Assembly (NCBI GenBank): GCA_031416315.1
Contig: JANOTL010000075.1
Location: forward strand, 14,688-78,687
Length of the DNA stretch: 64,000 bases
Reading direction: 5' to 3'
Source: Pseudomonadota bacterium
Lineage (GTDB): Bacteria > Bdellovibrionota_B > Oligoflexia > Oligoflexales > CAIYRB01
Shown: piece by piece, positions 9,917 through 19,666 of the stretch
How the letters are laid out: every line of letters begins with the position of its first letter
Numbering within the stretch: the first letter of the stretch is position 1
The notes under the pieces: model-generated
What the model was told of the DNA's origin: nothing
The model's database searches: none
The model's input: only the letters and a program-made list of their open reading frames with translations
Program-made: the position numbers and the translations under genes

Positions 9917-9952
9917 CCGTCACCCCGAAGCGTCTAAAAGCCGGCTGATTCT

Positions 9953-9980
9953 GTTTCGGGGCCGATTGATCTTCACTTGA
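9953..9980 (-). promoter_or_regulatory. sigma28-like promoter
   Basis: TCAAG-N15-CCCGAAAC, 36 nt upstream of start 9916. Confidence 0.5.
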
Positions 9981-10049
9981 GGGCAGAAGATAAAACCTTA
10001 TCCTTACAATTATTTAACCGTGACGGAGGGTCGGCCCTCGCGGGACCGA

Positions 10050-10087
10050 ATCTGGCGGCCCGCTCGCCGCCGAGCGGGCCGCCAGAT
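10050..10087. terminator. Perfect 17-bp hairpin after the 10096 gene
   Basis: ATCTGGCGGCCCGCTCG-CCGC-CGAGCGGGCCGCCAGAT; no U-tract. Confidence 0.5.
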
Positions 10088-10095
10088 CGCGCGCG

Positions 10096-10515
10096 TCACT
10101 CCTTGATGAGGCCCTGCACATCCGCCTCGGCGGGGAGATAATCCTTGTCGAGCTTGAACGAGAGGGTGCCGCCGGCAAGCCCCGTGGCCCCGCAGTGGAG
10201 CACGATCTTCTTCACGGACTTTTTCATCACGGCTTTCGCCGTTTTGTCGGTGCAGTAGTTGGCGAGCGCGGTGTAGATGGGCGCAATCGAGTGCCGGGCG
10301 TTGGCCGCGACGGCCGCGTCCGTGCACTTGTCGATGTTGACGGAGGCGGCAATTTTGACGCCGCAGGCTTTGTCGGCGGCTGCCGCGCCCGTAGCGGCAT
10401 TCGTCTTGTACGCCTCTTCGACATCCTTGAAAGCGTCGCGAACCGCCTTCGGGGCTCCCGCGAATGCGATCGTCGCGCTCAAAGCTGCAGCTAGTGCCAA
10501 GGTCTGGCGAATCAT
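10096..10515 (-). CDS. Small secreted Cys-containing protein
   Basis: Start reassigned to MIRQTLALAAALSATIAFA (GGAGG RBS); four Cys. Confidence 0.75.
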   Translation of the reverse strand: MIRQTLALAAALSATIAFAGAPKAVRDAFKDVEEAYKTNAATGAAAADKACGVKIAASVNIDKCTDAAVAANARHSIAPIYTALANYCTDKTAKAVMKKSVKKIVLHCGATGLAGGTLSFKLDKDYLPAEADVQGLIKE

Positions 10516-10607
10516 CGGAACCTCCACGCAAGGAAAATTGAAAGTCGAGCAGTTGCCATAGATTTCGGTGACACGATGATAGCACGCGGCGAACGTTGCC
10601 GCTCTTC

Positions 10608-12467
10608 TCAGAACTGCAGGTGAATCGCCTGAAGCTTCTTCCGTGCCTTTTCGCCCTCGGCGTCGAGGCGGAAGGAGGTCGCGGCGTCCTCTTCGATCAT
10701 CTTCCGCAGCTTCTTGCGCAGCGCACGCTTCGGCTCGGGCAGCTGCTCTAACGAAGTCCAATAGGCCTCGCGCTCTTGCGCCACCATCTCCGGCGTCACC
10801 GAGCGCAACGCGGTGTACTCGGGAGCACGCGCACGCTTCTTGTCCGTGACCAACTCAGCGCGCAGCTTCGTCAACCAGGCGCGGTATTGGCTCGCCATCG
10901 ACGGCCCGGAGGCCGAGGGTCCGATGACGAGGCTGTTGCCCGTGTCGAGCAACTCGCAGCGTGGATCGGCGTTGATCGAGCCGACGAAGAGATAGTCGCC
11001 GGCGATCCACACTTTGGCGTGCAGCGACTCCTCGGTCATGTATTCGTAGATCTCGACCTGCCCGGGTTGCGCGATCTTGAAGAGGTTCTCGTACTGGATG
11101 CGCGCGCCCTTGGCGATGTAGCCCAGGTCCGACGAAGCCGGCGAGTTCGACTGGATCACGAGCCGGACGCCGCGCGACAGCGCCCGCTGGATCGCTTCCT
11201 GGATGCGGGCCGGCAGGAAGAGGTAGGCGTTGTGGAGCGTGATCTCCTCGCCGCTCTTCAGCTCGTCGACCTTTTTCACGAAGAGCAGAGCTTGCTCGCT
11301 CGGCTCCTCGCGAAGGAGCTTCGAGCCCGTGCCGCCGCCGGGGAACATGCGGTTCTCCACGTACGCGACCGAGGCATCCTTCGCCACGAGACGACCGGCG
11401 TGAATGGGCTCGTAGGTGCGGGCGTATCCGCGCGTGCTCTTGAACTCGGCGGCGCGCTTTTGGATCTCGGCCATGACCGTCTTCGCCGTCGCGTCGTCGG
11501 CCGGCGTCTCGAGCGCGTGCGCGATGCCGGCGCTGCAGCTCGTGCTCGCCGTGCACTCCCAGTACTTGTCAAAAGTCTCGAGCGCGCGCTTCGCGATGCG
11601 TGCGTCACGCACGAAAAAGTCGGCGTCCATGAAGATGTACTTCTTGATGTTGTGGTCGACGCGCAGCTGGTCGTCCTTCTCCCAGTGGTAGGCGTCCTCC
11701 ATGTTGCGGCCGCCTCCCTGGAGGTAGAGGCCGTCGACGAGCAAGAGCTTGTGGTGGTTCCACTTGGTGAGGTCGAACCACGACTGACCAGAGAAGGTGC
11801 CCTGGGGCACGGCCTCTTTGAGGTTCGCGAGCAGGGCCTCGAAGCGCGCTTCGTTCAGGTCGGCGGAGGCCATCTCGTCGAAGAACTTGCGGAAGGCCGT
11901 GCCGATCGGACCTTCCTTCTTGAGCAGCGCGTTGCCGGCAACGAGCTTGTTCAGGCTCGCGGGATCGCCCGTGGCGATGATCTCGGCGAAGGCGCGGAAA
12001 TCGCCGAATCCGAGGGCCTTGAGGTCGTCGATCACGTCCTGCGGAAACGGGCGGAAGTAGCCGACCTGCAGGTTGCCGCCGCCCGCTTTCACCAGCGTCT
12101 TGAAGAAGGGGAGCGTGGTCATCGTCGTCTTCGCGTCGACGATGATGCGCACTTTGACGCCGGCCTTGGCCCTCTCGATCAGGGCCTCGGCCATGCGCGA
12201 GGCGGCGAAGTCTTCGCCGAACAAGAAGTATTGCACCTCGATCGAAGTCTTCGCGCTTTCGACCGCCGCGATCTTGGCGTCGAACGAGCTGCCGTTGCCG
12301 ACGTCTACGGTCGCTTCGTCCACTTTGGCGAAGCGGGGGTCCTCGATCGATAAGGCGATGGTGGCCGATGCGCCTTGGTCGTCTCCGTCCGTTGCCTTGA
12401 GGCCCGTGCCACCATTCGGCGTCCGGCACGCCGTCAACAGCACGAGCGTCGCGAGTGCGAGTCTCAT
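10608..12467 (-). CDS. Phospholipase D-family lipoprotein (cardiolipin synthase-like fold)
   Basis: Lipobox LLTAC; HHKLLLVD..GGRN and LHAKVWIAGD...GSIN motifs. Confidence 0.88.
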   Translation of the reverse strand: MRLALATLVLLTACRTPNGGTGLKATDGDDQGASATIALSIEDPRFAKVDEATVDVGNGSSFDAKIAAVESAKTSIEVQYFLFGEDFAASRMAEALIERAKAGVKVRIIVDAKTTMTTLPFFKTLVKAGGGNLQVGYFRPFPQDVIDDLKALGFGDFRAFAEIIATGDPASLNKLVAGNALLKKEGPIGTAFRKFFDEMASADLNEARFEALLANLKEAVPQGTFSGQSWFDLTKWNHHKLLLVDGLYLQGGGRNMEDAYHWEKDDQLRVDHNIKKYIFMDADFFVRDARIAKRALETFDKYWECTASTSCSAGIAHALETPADDATAKTVMAEIQKRAAEFKSTRGYARTYEPIHAGRLVAKDASVAYVENRMFPGGGTGSKLLREEPSEQALLFVKKVDELKSGEEITLHNAYLFLPARIQEAIQRALSRGVRLVIQSNSPASSDLGYIAKGARIQYENLFKIAQPGQVEIYEYMTEESLHAKVWIAGDYLFVGSINADPRCELLDTGNSLVIGPSASGPSMASQYRAWLTKLRAELVTDKKRARAPEYTALRSVTPEMVAQEREAYWTSLEQLPEPKRALRKKLRKMIEEDAATSFRLDAEGEKARKKLQAIHLQF

Positions 12468-12532
12468 CGCGCGATCTCCGCCTGGTTCCTGGTTGTTTCC
12501 GAGGGATTCAGACGAATGATATCATAGCGGTA

Positions 12533-12916
12533 TCAGGGCCGGCGCCGAACGTGGCCGCCCGTGTGAACGCGGCCCGACGGCGCTTCCGTGAAGCTCACGT
12601 AAACGTTCCCCGGCTCGAGCCGGAAGCCTTCCGCCAGGCAGCGCGCCGTCGTCTCCAGCATCGCGGCGATCAGGGCATCGCTGCGGCCCTCGAAGGCGAT
12701 GAGCTCGACGAGCGGCGGATGCGTGTCGCGCTCGGCGCCCGTCGCGGCCGTCTCACCCTCGACGTAGTGCGCCGGCGCGAGCGGCAGAAACGTCGCCCAG
12801 ATGGCGTGCGCGGGAACGCCGGCAACGCGGGCGAGCTCGACGCAGGTCGCGCTCAGCACGGCGGTGACGTCGACTTCGGGCGGAGGCGGTAAGGCCATGA
12901 TCTTCAAGACGGGCAT
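12533..12916 (-). CDS. Tautomerase/MIF-superfamily-like protein
   Basis: N-terminal Met-Pro, EGRS…NVYVSF beta-alpha-beta pattern. Confidence 0.6.
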   Translation of the reverse strand: MPVLKIMALPPPPEVDVTAVLSATCVELARVAGVPAHAIWATFLPLAPAHYVEGETAATGAERDTHPPLVELIAFEGRSDALIAAMLETTARCLAEGFRLEPGNVYVSFTEAPSGRVHTGGHVRRRP

Positions 12917-12919
12917 GGA

Positions 12920-14317
12920 TCAAAGCCTCGACAGGACGCGCGCCAAACCCGAGCGACGCTCGACGAGCGCCGCAACTGACGGCGCGTCGTCACCGGCGAA
13001 AAGCGCCAGCGGACGCCCCGTCGCCTGCACGAATTCTCCCTGGAGGAAGAGCGCGCGGGCGAAGGCCAGGGGATTCGTCCGGTATGGCTCGCCGCCGTCG
13101 AGAAGGGCCAGGAGTGGGACCAGGGTCTTGCTCTCGGTCGGGCCGACGGTCGCCTGCCCGCGCGCCGCGTTTTTCGGCCGCCCGACGCTCTCCGCTGCCA
13201 CGATCCGCACGAAGCCCTCGGGCACGTCGGCGCCGCCGAGCTGCATCGCCGCGCCCCGTGTCAGAGCGACCGCGAGCTGCGCGTCCCGGCTCGCCGCGAT
13301 GCGGGCGCCCTCGAGCGCGGCCACGAACTTTTGCGTCGCAGGCGGCAAGCTCGTCGCACGGATCAGCTCGCCGCCTTGGCCGGCGTCGCTGCGGCGCACG
13401 TGGCGGCCGAGCGCGATCAGCTCGATGGCCGGAGGCACCTCCAAATCGAGCGCAGCGACCTTGGTCGCGACGCGCTCCAAGGCTCTTTCGTCGCGTTTGC
13501 CCGCGCTGACGTAGCCGGCGGCCGCGGCGCCGAGGAAGGCCAAGACCGCGAGCAAAGCCCCCGCTTTTTGCGTCCGGCGGCTGGAGGCAGAGACCGCGAG
13601 CTGCCCTAGTTTCCCGACGACAGAGACGAGTGCGAGCACCAAGGCTGCCGGCGCGACGGCCAGGACGCCGAGCGCGATCCGGTCGACGACGATGCGATGC
13701 CGCAGGAAATCGTGCGCGAGAAAGGCCGGCTCGTAAAGCTGCACGGCCAAGAGAAAGAGCGCGAGCACGCCGGCGACGGCGGGCGCGATCAAGGCGCGGC
13801 GCCGGGGTAGGGTCACCGCGGCGAGGAGGCCGCCGAAAAAAGCGACGAGCAGCGTCACTTCGTAGACGCCGTAGAGCCAGAGCAGGTTCGATGCGTAGAT
13901 CGGCGTGCCGCGCCCGTGCGCGTCGATCTCGGGCCGCCGTTCCACGTATTGGCCGACGTTCGGATCGTCCAAGGCGTGCTCGAGCGCTCGGAGCCGAATC
14001 CGGTGGCGGACGAAGGCCGTGCCCGAAGCGATCGGCTCGGCCCAAAGCTTGCGGGTCCCGGAAGACAGCACGAGCTCGGGCGCGTCGCTCCCGCGCGCCG
14101 GAAAAAGCTGCTGGTTCGTGTAGACGACCGCCTCGTCCTTGTCGACTTGCGGGATCCAGGCCTTGCCCGCTTCGAGGAGGAGGGCGGCCTCGACCGCGCC
14201 CATCGGCTTCAGATAGACGACGTCGCCGGTGCGCTCGCCGCTCCAGCCCTGCCACAGCCCGAGGCCAACGGCGCCAAGCGCTAGGACGAAGACGAGGCCC
14301 ACGGCCTCCGACCTCAC
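12920..14317 (-). CDS. Hypothetical membrane protein
   Basis: GTG start overlapping the upstream TGA (GTGA); several TM segments. Confidence 0.6.
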   Translation of the reverse strand: MRSEAVGLVFVLALGAVGLGLWQGWSGERTGDVVYLKPMGAVEAALLLEAGKAWIPQVDKDEAVVYTNQQLFPARGSDAPELVLSSGTRKLWAEPIASGTAFVRHRIRLRALEHALDDPNVGQYVERRPEIDAHGRGTPIYASNLLWLYGVYEVTLLVAFFGGLLAAVTLPRRRALIAPAVAGVLALFLLAVQLYEPAFLAHDFLRHRIVVDRIALGVLAVAPAALVLALVSVVGKLGQLAVSASSRRTQKAGALLAVLAFLGAAAAGYVSAGKRDERALERVATKVAALDLEVPPAIELIALGRHVRRSDAGQGGELIRATSLPPATQKFVAALEGARIAASRDAQLAVALTRGAAMQLGGADVPEGFVRIVAAESVGRPKNAARGQATVGPTESKTLVPLLALLDGGEPYRTNPLAFARALFLQGEFVQATGRPLALFAGDDAPSVAALVERRSGLARVLSRL

Positions 14318-15219
14318 AGCTTTCTCCCCGTCGGCCAATCGACGCGGAAGCCGAGCTGGCTCTCCACCCACGCGAAATAGAGGCGCTCGATGTGCCGATA
14401 AGTCGCGGTCGGTCGCGTGGTATACAACTTTTGTTTATCGATGCGGTTGATCGGCACGAGGCCGCGCACGGTCGAGCAGAGGAAGGCTTCGTCGAAGCGC
14501 GGGAGCTCGTCGGCGAAGATGATCTGCTCGCGCGCCGGGATTTTCGCGGCGTTGAGCAGGCTCAAGATCTTCTCCCGCGTGATGCCGAGGAGGATGCCGC
14601 TGGCGGCGGGCGGCGTCACGATCTCGACCAGATCGCCTTGGCGCGCGAGGAAGAAGACGTTGGCGATGCTCGACTCGCCGATCTCGCCTTCGGCGTTGGT
14701 CCAGAGGATGTCCTGGAAGCCCTCTTGCTGCGCGCGGTCGATGGCGACGACGCTCTGCTGGTAGTTCGCCGTCTTCGGCGCCGCGCCGCGCGCGGCACCG
14801 GCTTTCACCAGGCGCTTCAGCGCGAGCCCGTCCTCGTAGGTCTCTTTGGGCTCGGTTCCGGCCGGGAGGCAAAATGCGACGCGGTTCGGCCGCAAGTCCT
14901 TGGAGACCCGAAGCCCCATCCCTTCGCCGCGGGTGACCACGAAGCGGAGGCTGGCCTTGGGCGCCCCGACGGCCTCGGCCAGGGCGGAGAGCTCGAAGGC
15001 CAGCTCGGCGTCCGTCCAGGGGATGACCATGCCGACGGCCTCGGCCGAATCCCTGAGGCGGGCGAAGTGCCGAGGGGCGTCCAGAAGCTGGCCATGGAAC
15101 GAGACAATGGTCTCGAAGATGGCGTCGGCAAAGAGGAATCCGCGATCCAACGGGGAAATCCGGGCGGCCTCGGGACGGCTCACCTGACCATTTACGGATA
15201 TGAGCCCCTGGAATTCCAT
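14314..15219 (-). CDS. PLP-dependent aminotransferase class IV (IlvE/PabC/D-amino acid transaminase family)
   Basis: DRGFLFADAIFET, H.ARL, KTANY, ESSIANVF, ILLGITR, DEAFLCST. Confidence 0.92.
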   Translation of the reverse strand: MEFQGLISVNGQVSRPEAARISPLDRGFLFADAIFETIVSFHGQLLDAPRHFARLRDSAEAVGMVIPWTDAELAFELSALAEAVGAPKASLRFVVTRGEGMGLRVSKDLRPNRVAFCLPAGTEPKETYEDGLALKRLVKAGAARGAAPKTANYQQSVVAIDRAQQEGFQDILWTNAEGEIGESSIANVFFLARQGDLVEIVTPPAASGILLGITREKILSLLNAAKIPAREQIIFADELPRFDEAFLCSTVRGLVPINRIDKQKLYTTRPTATYRHIERLYFAWVESQLGFRVDWPTGRKL

Positions 15220-15272
15220 AACGTTTCTATGGTAGAGAGTCGCGTCTTAATAAAAATGCAGGATCCGACTAA

Positions 15273-16703
15273 ATGATCACGCAAGATCTCGCCCCCGTCG
15301 AGCGCAAAGTGCATCTGATCTCCCTTGGCTGCGCGCGTAACCGCGTCGACTCCGAGGTGATGCTCGGCACGATGATGGGCAAGGGCTGGAAGAGCGTCGA
15401 TCTCCCCGAGGACGCGGACGCCATCGTGGTCAACACGTGCGGCTTCATCGGGGCGGCCAAAGAGGAATCGATCGACACGATCCTCACCGCTGCCGAGCTG
15501 AAGAAGACGAAGCCGGGCATGCGGCTCGTCGTCACTGGCTGCCTCACGCAGCGCTACAAGACGCAGCTCGCCAAAGGCCTTCCGGAAGTCGACCTTTTCA
15601 TCGGCACGGACGAGTTCACCCGCATCGGCGAGCTCCTCGACTCCGTCGAGGCGGGCCAGGAGCAGGGCTCGATCCACGCCAAGCGCACGCACTACCTCTA
15701 CAATGAAGAGATGCCGCGCGTGAACACGTTGGCGAAGCACTCCGCCTACGTGAAGGTCGCCGAGGGCTGCCAGCACAACTGCGCCTTCTGCATCATTCCC
15801 GCGATCCGCGGCCGCTTGCGCTCGCGCCCAATCGCCAGCGTCGTCAAGGAAGTCGAGGCGCTGGTGGCGGACGGCGTGGTCGAGATCAACCTCATCGCCC
15901 AGGATCTCGCGGCCTACGGCAGAGACCGTAAAGACGCCGCCGATCTCTTCTCCCTCCTCAAGGCCCTGGTGAAGGTCGAGGGTCTGGAGTGGGTGCGCTG
16001 CCTCTACGTCTATCCCGAGAACATCGACGACGCGCTTCTCGACTTCATCGCGCGCGAGCCGAAGATCGTCAAGTACCTCGACATCCCGGTGCAGCACGCC
16101 AGCGACGACGTCCTAAAGCGCATGAACCGCGGCGTCACGCGGGCCCAGCTCGAAGAGATCTTCTCGAAGATCCGCACGCGCATCCCCGACATGGCGATCC
16201 GCACCTCGGTGATGGTCGGCTTCCCCGGCGAGACCGAGGCGGACTTCGAGGAGCTCCTCGACTTCGTCAAGACGCAGAAGATCCGGCACCTCGGCTGCTT
16301 CTCCTATTCGCAAGAAGAGGGCACGGTCGCTGGCCGCATGCAGGACCAGATCGACGAAGAGACGAAGGGCCGCCGCCAGGCGCTCGTGATGGAAGCTCAG
16401 CGCGACGTCTCGCGCGAGCTGATGCAGAGCTACGTCGGTAAAGTCCTCTCAGTCCTCGTCGAAGGCCCCAGCGACGAGAGCGATCTGCTGTGGCAGGGCC
16501 GCCTGTCCATCCAGGCGCCCGAGGTCGACGGCGTCGTCTATTTGAACGACGGCCCCGAAGGCGCCTTCACCGACTGCCTCCGCGGCACCATTCAGCAGGT
16601 CCGGATCAGTGAGTCCCACGACTACGACCTGGTCGGCGAGATCCTCGACAACCAGCCGCGAGCGTCAAGGCCTTCGACAGGCTTCGAAGCCAGAACCACC
16701 TGA
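15273..16703 (+). CDS. rimO: Ribosomal protein S12 methylthiotransferase
   Basis: SLGCARNRVDSE, NTCGFI, CQHNCAFC radical SAM, APEVDG, TRAM domain. Confidence 0.96.
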   Translation: MITQDLAPVERKVHLISLGCARNRVDSEVMLGTMMGKGWKSVDLPEDADAIVVNTCGFIGAAKEESIDTILTAAELKKTKPGMRLVVTGCLTQRYKTQLAKGLPEVDLFIGTDEFTRIGELLDSVEAGQEQGSIHAKRTHYLYNEEMPRVNTLAKHSAYVKVAEGCQHNCAFCIIPAIRGRLRSRPIASVVKEVEALVADGVVEINLIAQDLAAYGRDRKDAADLFSLLKALVKVEGLEWVRCLYVYPENIDDALLDFIAREPKIVKYLDIPVQHASDDVLKRMNRGVTRAQLEEIFSKIRTRIPDMAIRTSVMVGFPGETEADFEELLDFVKTQKIRHLGCFSYSQEEGTVAGRMQDQIDEETKGRRQALVMEAQRDVSRELMQSYVGKVLSVLVEGPSDESDLLWQGRLSIQAPEVDGVVYLNDGPEGAFTDCLRGTIQQVRISESHDYDLVGEILDNQPRASRPSTGFEARTT

Positions 16704-16783
16704 TTCGACTAAGTAATTTTCTGGCCACGAGCTTGCAGGATCAATCGGAGAAACCCCATTTCTTCGCGTTGCCGCTGCCTGCT

Positions 16784-16811
16784 TCAAGCTGCCCGATTTT
16801 CTCGCCGATGA
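16784..16811 (+). promoter_or_regulatory. sigma28-like promoter
   Basis: TCAAG-N15-GCCGATGA upstream of the CAP lipoprotein. Confidence 0.65.
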
Positions 16812-16834
16812 ACCAATCGTAGGGAGAGCTCGGA

Positions 16835-17842
16835 ATGAAGGTCCTCACGCAAGTCGCCCTCGTCGCCCTTCTCGGCGGCTGCTCGGCCAACCCCGCGCTG
16901 GATGGCACGACCTCCCGGCTCCGCGCCGATGCTGACGCGACCGGCGCCAGCTTCGCGGTCGCGTTGATGAACGCTGCGAGCAACAAGGATCCCGAGGCCT
17001 ATAAGCTCGTCGCCTACACGCCGAAGACGATCGACCCAGCGTCGGTGAAGTTCTGCTTCGACGTCGTCGCTAACTGCGGCCCGACCTCGACCGCGCAGTC
17101 CTTGGCCGGTGTCGCCCAGGACGTAAGCGGCACCAAGGTCTACCTGACCGAAAAGTTCGTGCGTCTCGCCGCGAACCTCAATATCACCGTCGTCGCCAAG
17201 GACACCACTGGCGCCGACGTGCTGCAGGGCATCAAAATCGTCGCGAAAGGCGCGCCCGGCGGCACAACGCCTCCCGGCGGCACGACGCCCCCCGGCGGCA
17301 CGACGCCCCCCGGCGGCACGACGCCCCCCGGCGGCACGACGCCCCCCGGCGGCACGACGCCTCCCGGCGGCACGACGCCGCCTTCGGGCCCAACGCCTCC
17401 CGCGGCCGGCGAATGCCACAAAGCTCCGGATGAGTTCACTTGCAAGGTCGAGCAGGAGATCCGCCGCTTGACCAACGACAAGATCGCGACCGAGGGCAAG
17501 AGCCCCCAAGCGTTTGATAAGAAGATGGGCTACGTCTCGCGCCTTTGGTCGGCCGAGCAGGCCCGCCTAGGCAACATTTCCCACGACTGGTTCTCCAACG
17601 GCACGTGGAAGCAGAAGTACACGGAAGAGTTCAACGAGCCGTCGCCGACCTCGGCCGAGAACGTCGCGATGACCGGCGGCGGCGGCAGCGACGCGACCGC
17701 GCTCGCGACGGAGTTCGTCGAGATGTGGTGGGCGAGCCCCGGTCACCACGCGAACATGGTCGGCGGCTATTCGCGCATCGGCGTCGGCGTGGCGAAGAGC
17801 GCCGACGGCGGCTGGTACGCGACGCAGAACTTCGCCAACTAG
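16835..17842 (+). CDS. CAP/SCP-domain lipoprotein with Pro/Thr/Gly linker
   Basis: Lipobox LGGC; SH, AENVA, WWASPGHHANM, IGVG, YATQNF. Confidence 0.9.
   Translation: MKVLTQVALVALLGGCSANPALDGTTSRLRADADATGASFAVALMNAASNKDPEAYKLVAYTPKTIDPASVKFCFDVVANCGPTSTAQSLAGVAQDVSGTKVYLTEKFVRLAANLNITVVAKDTTGADVLQGIKIVAKGAPGGTTPPGGTTPPGGTTPPGGTTPPGGTTPPGGTTPPGGTTPPSGPTPPAAGECHKAPDEFTCKVEQEIRRLTNDKIATEGKSPQAFDKKMGYVSRLWSAEQARLGNISHDWFSNGTWKQKYTEEFNEPSPTSAENVAMTGGGGSDATALATEFVEMWWASPGHHANMVGGYSRIGVGVAKSADGGWYATQNFAN
17255..17380 (+). repeat. 18-bp tandem repeat x7 encoding (PGGTTP)7
   Basis: CCCGGCGGCACGACGCCC units. Confidence 0.95.
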
Positions 17843-18078
17843 TCGATAACCGCATGGGCCTTGACGCGCGTCGCTACCCTGCGCGCCGCGCGTCGGACGC
17901 GCTGCTCCGGTACGCGGCACGCATCGAGACCCATGACTAACGGCCCGAGGGCCCGAGCCTCCGGCCCCTGAACAAGACTCGGTCTCTTCGACCAAGTACT
18001 CTTTGAGCGCGCTCGACCGCTTCGACGTGAAATGAGAGGCGCCGAAACGGTCGCGCTGCCGCCGAGAGCTTAGCGCCG

Positions 18079-19503
18079 CTAAGGCTGGCAGCCCGGCGCC
18101 GAGTTCGGGATCGAGCCGACCGCATAGAGCACTTCGACGTACGAGGACTTAGGAACGCGCGTGCCGACGAAGCTCGCCCCGGTTCCGGTTTCGAAGGCGA
18201 GCGCATGATACCTCCTCAGGCTCTCCACCTGAGTGTTGCAGCGGATCTGGCCGTTCGTCGGCCCGGCGTCGTTGTCACCGATGGCGGTGCCGGTGACGTC
18301 GGCACCGATGAGGATCCCGCCTTGCGTGTTGCTGACGACGTTGCCCACGACGGTGCCGTTGACGATGCGACTCGCCTCGTACCAGGCGCGCGATCCGACG
18401 TAGAGCCCGTAGCCGCAAGCGGCCTTCGCGCCGCAGTCGACGACGTTGTCCCGTATAACACTGCCGTCGTAGCGCCCGCTCGTCGTCAAGCCGAACGCCT
18501 GAATCATGATGGCGGCGAAAGCCCCCATCTCGTAAGAGCCGCCGTGCGTCACGGTATTCCGCTCGATCACGCAGTTTTGGCAGCCGCCGAAGATCAAGTC
18601 CACGTCGGTATTGTCGTGGAAGCGGTTGCCGACGAAACGGCCGCCGGAGACGTCGTGGACCGTAAGGCCATCGGCCCAGCCCTGCGCGACCGCGTGCAGC
18701 CCGTTGCGCACGAAGTCGGAGTCGGAGACGTTGATGCGCTCGTTGACGCCCGCGACCTCGAGCCCCGTGCCGCACGGCGCGAGCTTCGACGTGCTGGAAA
18801 CGAAGGCGCAGTCGGGGCAGGCGATCATCCGCGCGTTGAAGCCCGCGGTACGACGCACGGGGTCGCCGGTGTGGCACTCGGCCAGCGCCTGGGCGCGGGC
18901 GGGAAGATTGCCGTTCAGGACCAAGTGATCGATAACGATCTTCGGCCCGCTCACGAGCAGGAGGCCGTAGGGAGTGACGAGCGTCGGCGCCGCGATCAGC
19001 TCGGCGCAGCCGTGAGCGTCGGTCCCGCCGCAGGCGCTCGTGCCGAGGCGGGCCGCGGTCGTGATGGTCATCGGCCGCGTCAGATCCAGGCGCGCGGCGA
19101 TCGTGTAGCGCCCCGCTGGAAGCTCGAGCAGGGCACCGTCCGGCGTCGCCGCGACACAAGCCGCGAGGACGGCTGAGGCGTCCTGTGCGGTACCGTCGAG
19201 GGGAACGAGCTGGCTGCAGACGTTTTTCGGCGCGGTCTGCGCGTCGGGGACCGCCGGGGAGTTTGGCGACGGCGCCGGAGTTGTGGGCGAGCCCGCCGCG
19301 ACCGGCCCACCCGATCCGGACCCGGACCCCGCCGCCGGGCGCGCCGTCGAGCCGGAGCCTTTCTCCTCGACCGAGCCGTCGCCGTCGTCCGCTGCTTTGC
19401 TGCCGCTTCCGACGCCGTTGCCCGCTTTTGCGTCGACGGTTTTGGCGCCGCTGCCGCATCCGGGGAGAATCGAGAGGACGAGCGCTAGCACGAGTCGTCG
19501 CAT
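18079..19503 (-). CDS. Right-handed parallel beta-helix lipoprotein (pectate-lyase-like fold)
   Basis: Lipobox LPGC, low-complexity linker, LPAGRY, repeated I..N..../GxxV coils. Confidence 0.8.
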   Translation of the reverse strand: MRRLVLALVLSILPGCGSGAKTVDAKAGNGVGSGSKAADDGDGSVEEKGSGSTARPAAGSGSGSGGPVAAGSPTTPAPSPNSPAVPDAQTAPKNVCSQLVPLDGTAQDASAVLAACVAATPDGALLELPAGRYTIAARLDLTRPMTITTAARLGTSACGGTDAHGCAELIAAPTLVTPYGLLLVSGPKIVIDHLVLNGNLPARAQALAECHTGDPVRRTAGFNARMIACPDCAFVSSTSKLAPCGTGLEVAGVNERINVSDSDFVRNGLHAVAQGWADGLTVHDVSGGRFVGNRFHDNTDVDLIFGGCQNCVIERNTVTHGGSYEMGAFAAIMIQAFGLTTSGRYDGSVIRDNVVDCGAKAACGYGLYVGSRAWYEASRIVNGTVVGNVVSNTQGGILIGADVTGTAIGDNDAGPTNGQIRCNTQVESLRRYHALAFETGTGASFVGTRVPKSSYVEVLYAVGSIPNSAPGCQP

Positions 19504-19666
19504 GGGCATTCTCCCGCTGAGGCTCCCCCTCATCGGCAGAATCCCGCCAAAGCCGTGGTCGCCGAGGCGGTTGAGGGCGAATTCCGCCGTCCCTTCCGTG
19601 CCTTGGGCCCGTAAATTCAACGCCGAAACGGTCGCGCGCGCACCGCGGATTTGATACTCACGGGGC

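Noticed and set aside
17255..17380. Tandem repeat as a CRISPR array
   Set aside because: No spacers; in-frame coding repeat; no cas genes
17843..18078. Small ORF or ncRNA between convergent genes
   Set aside because: No credible start/RBS and no recognisable RNA motif
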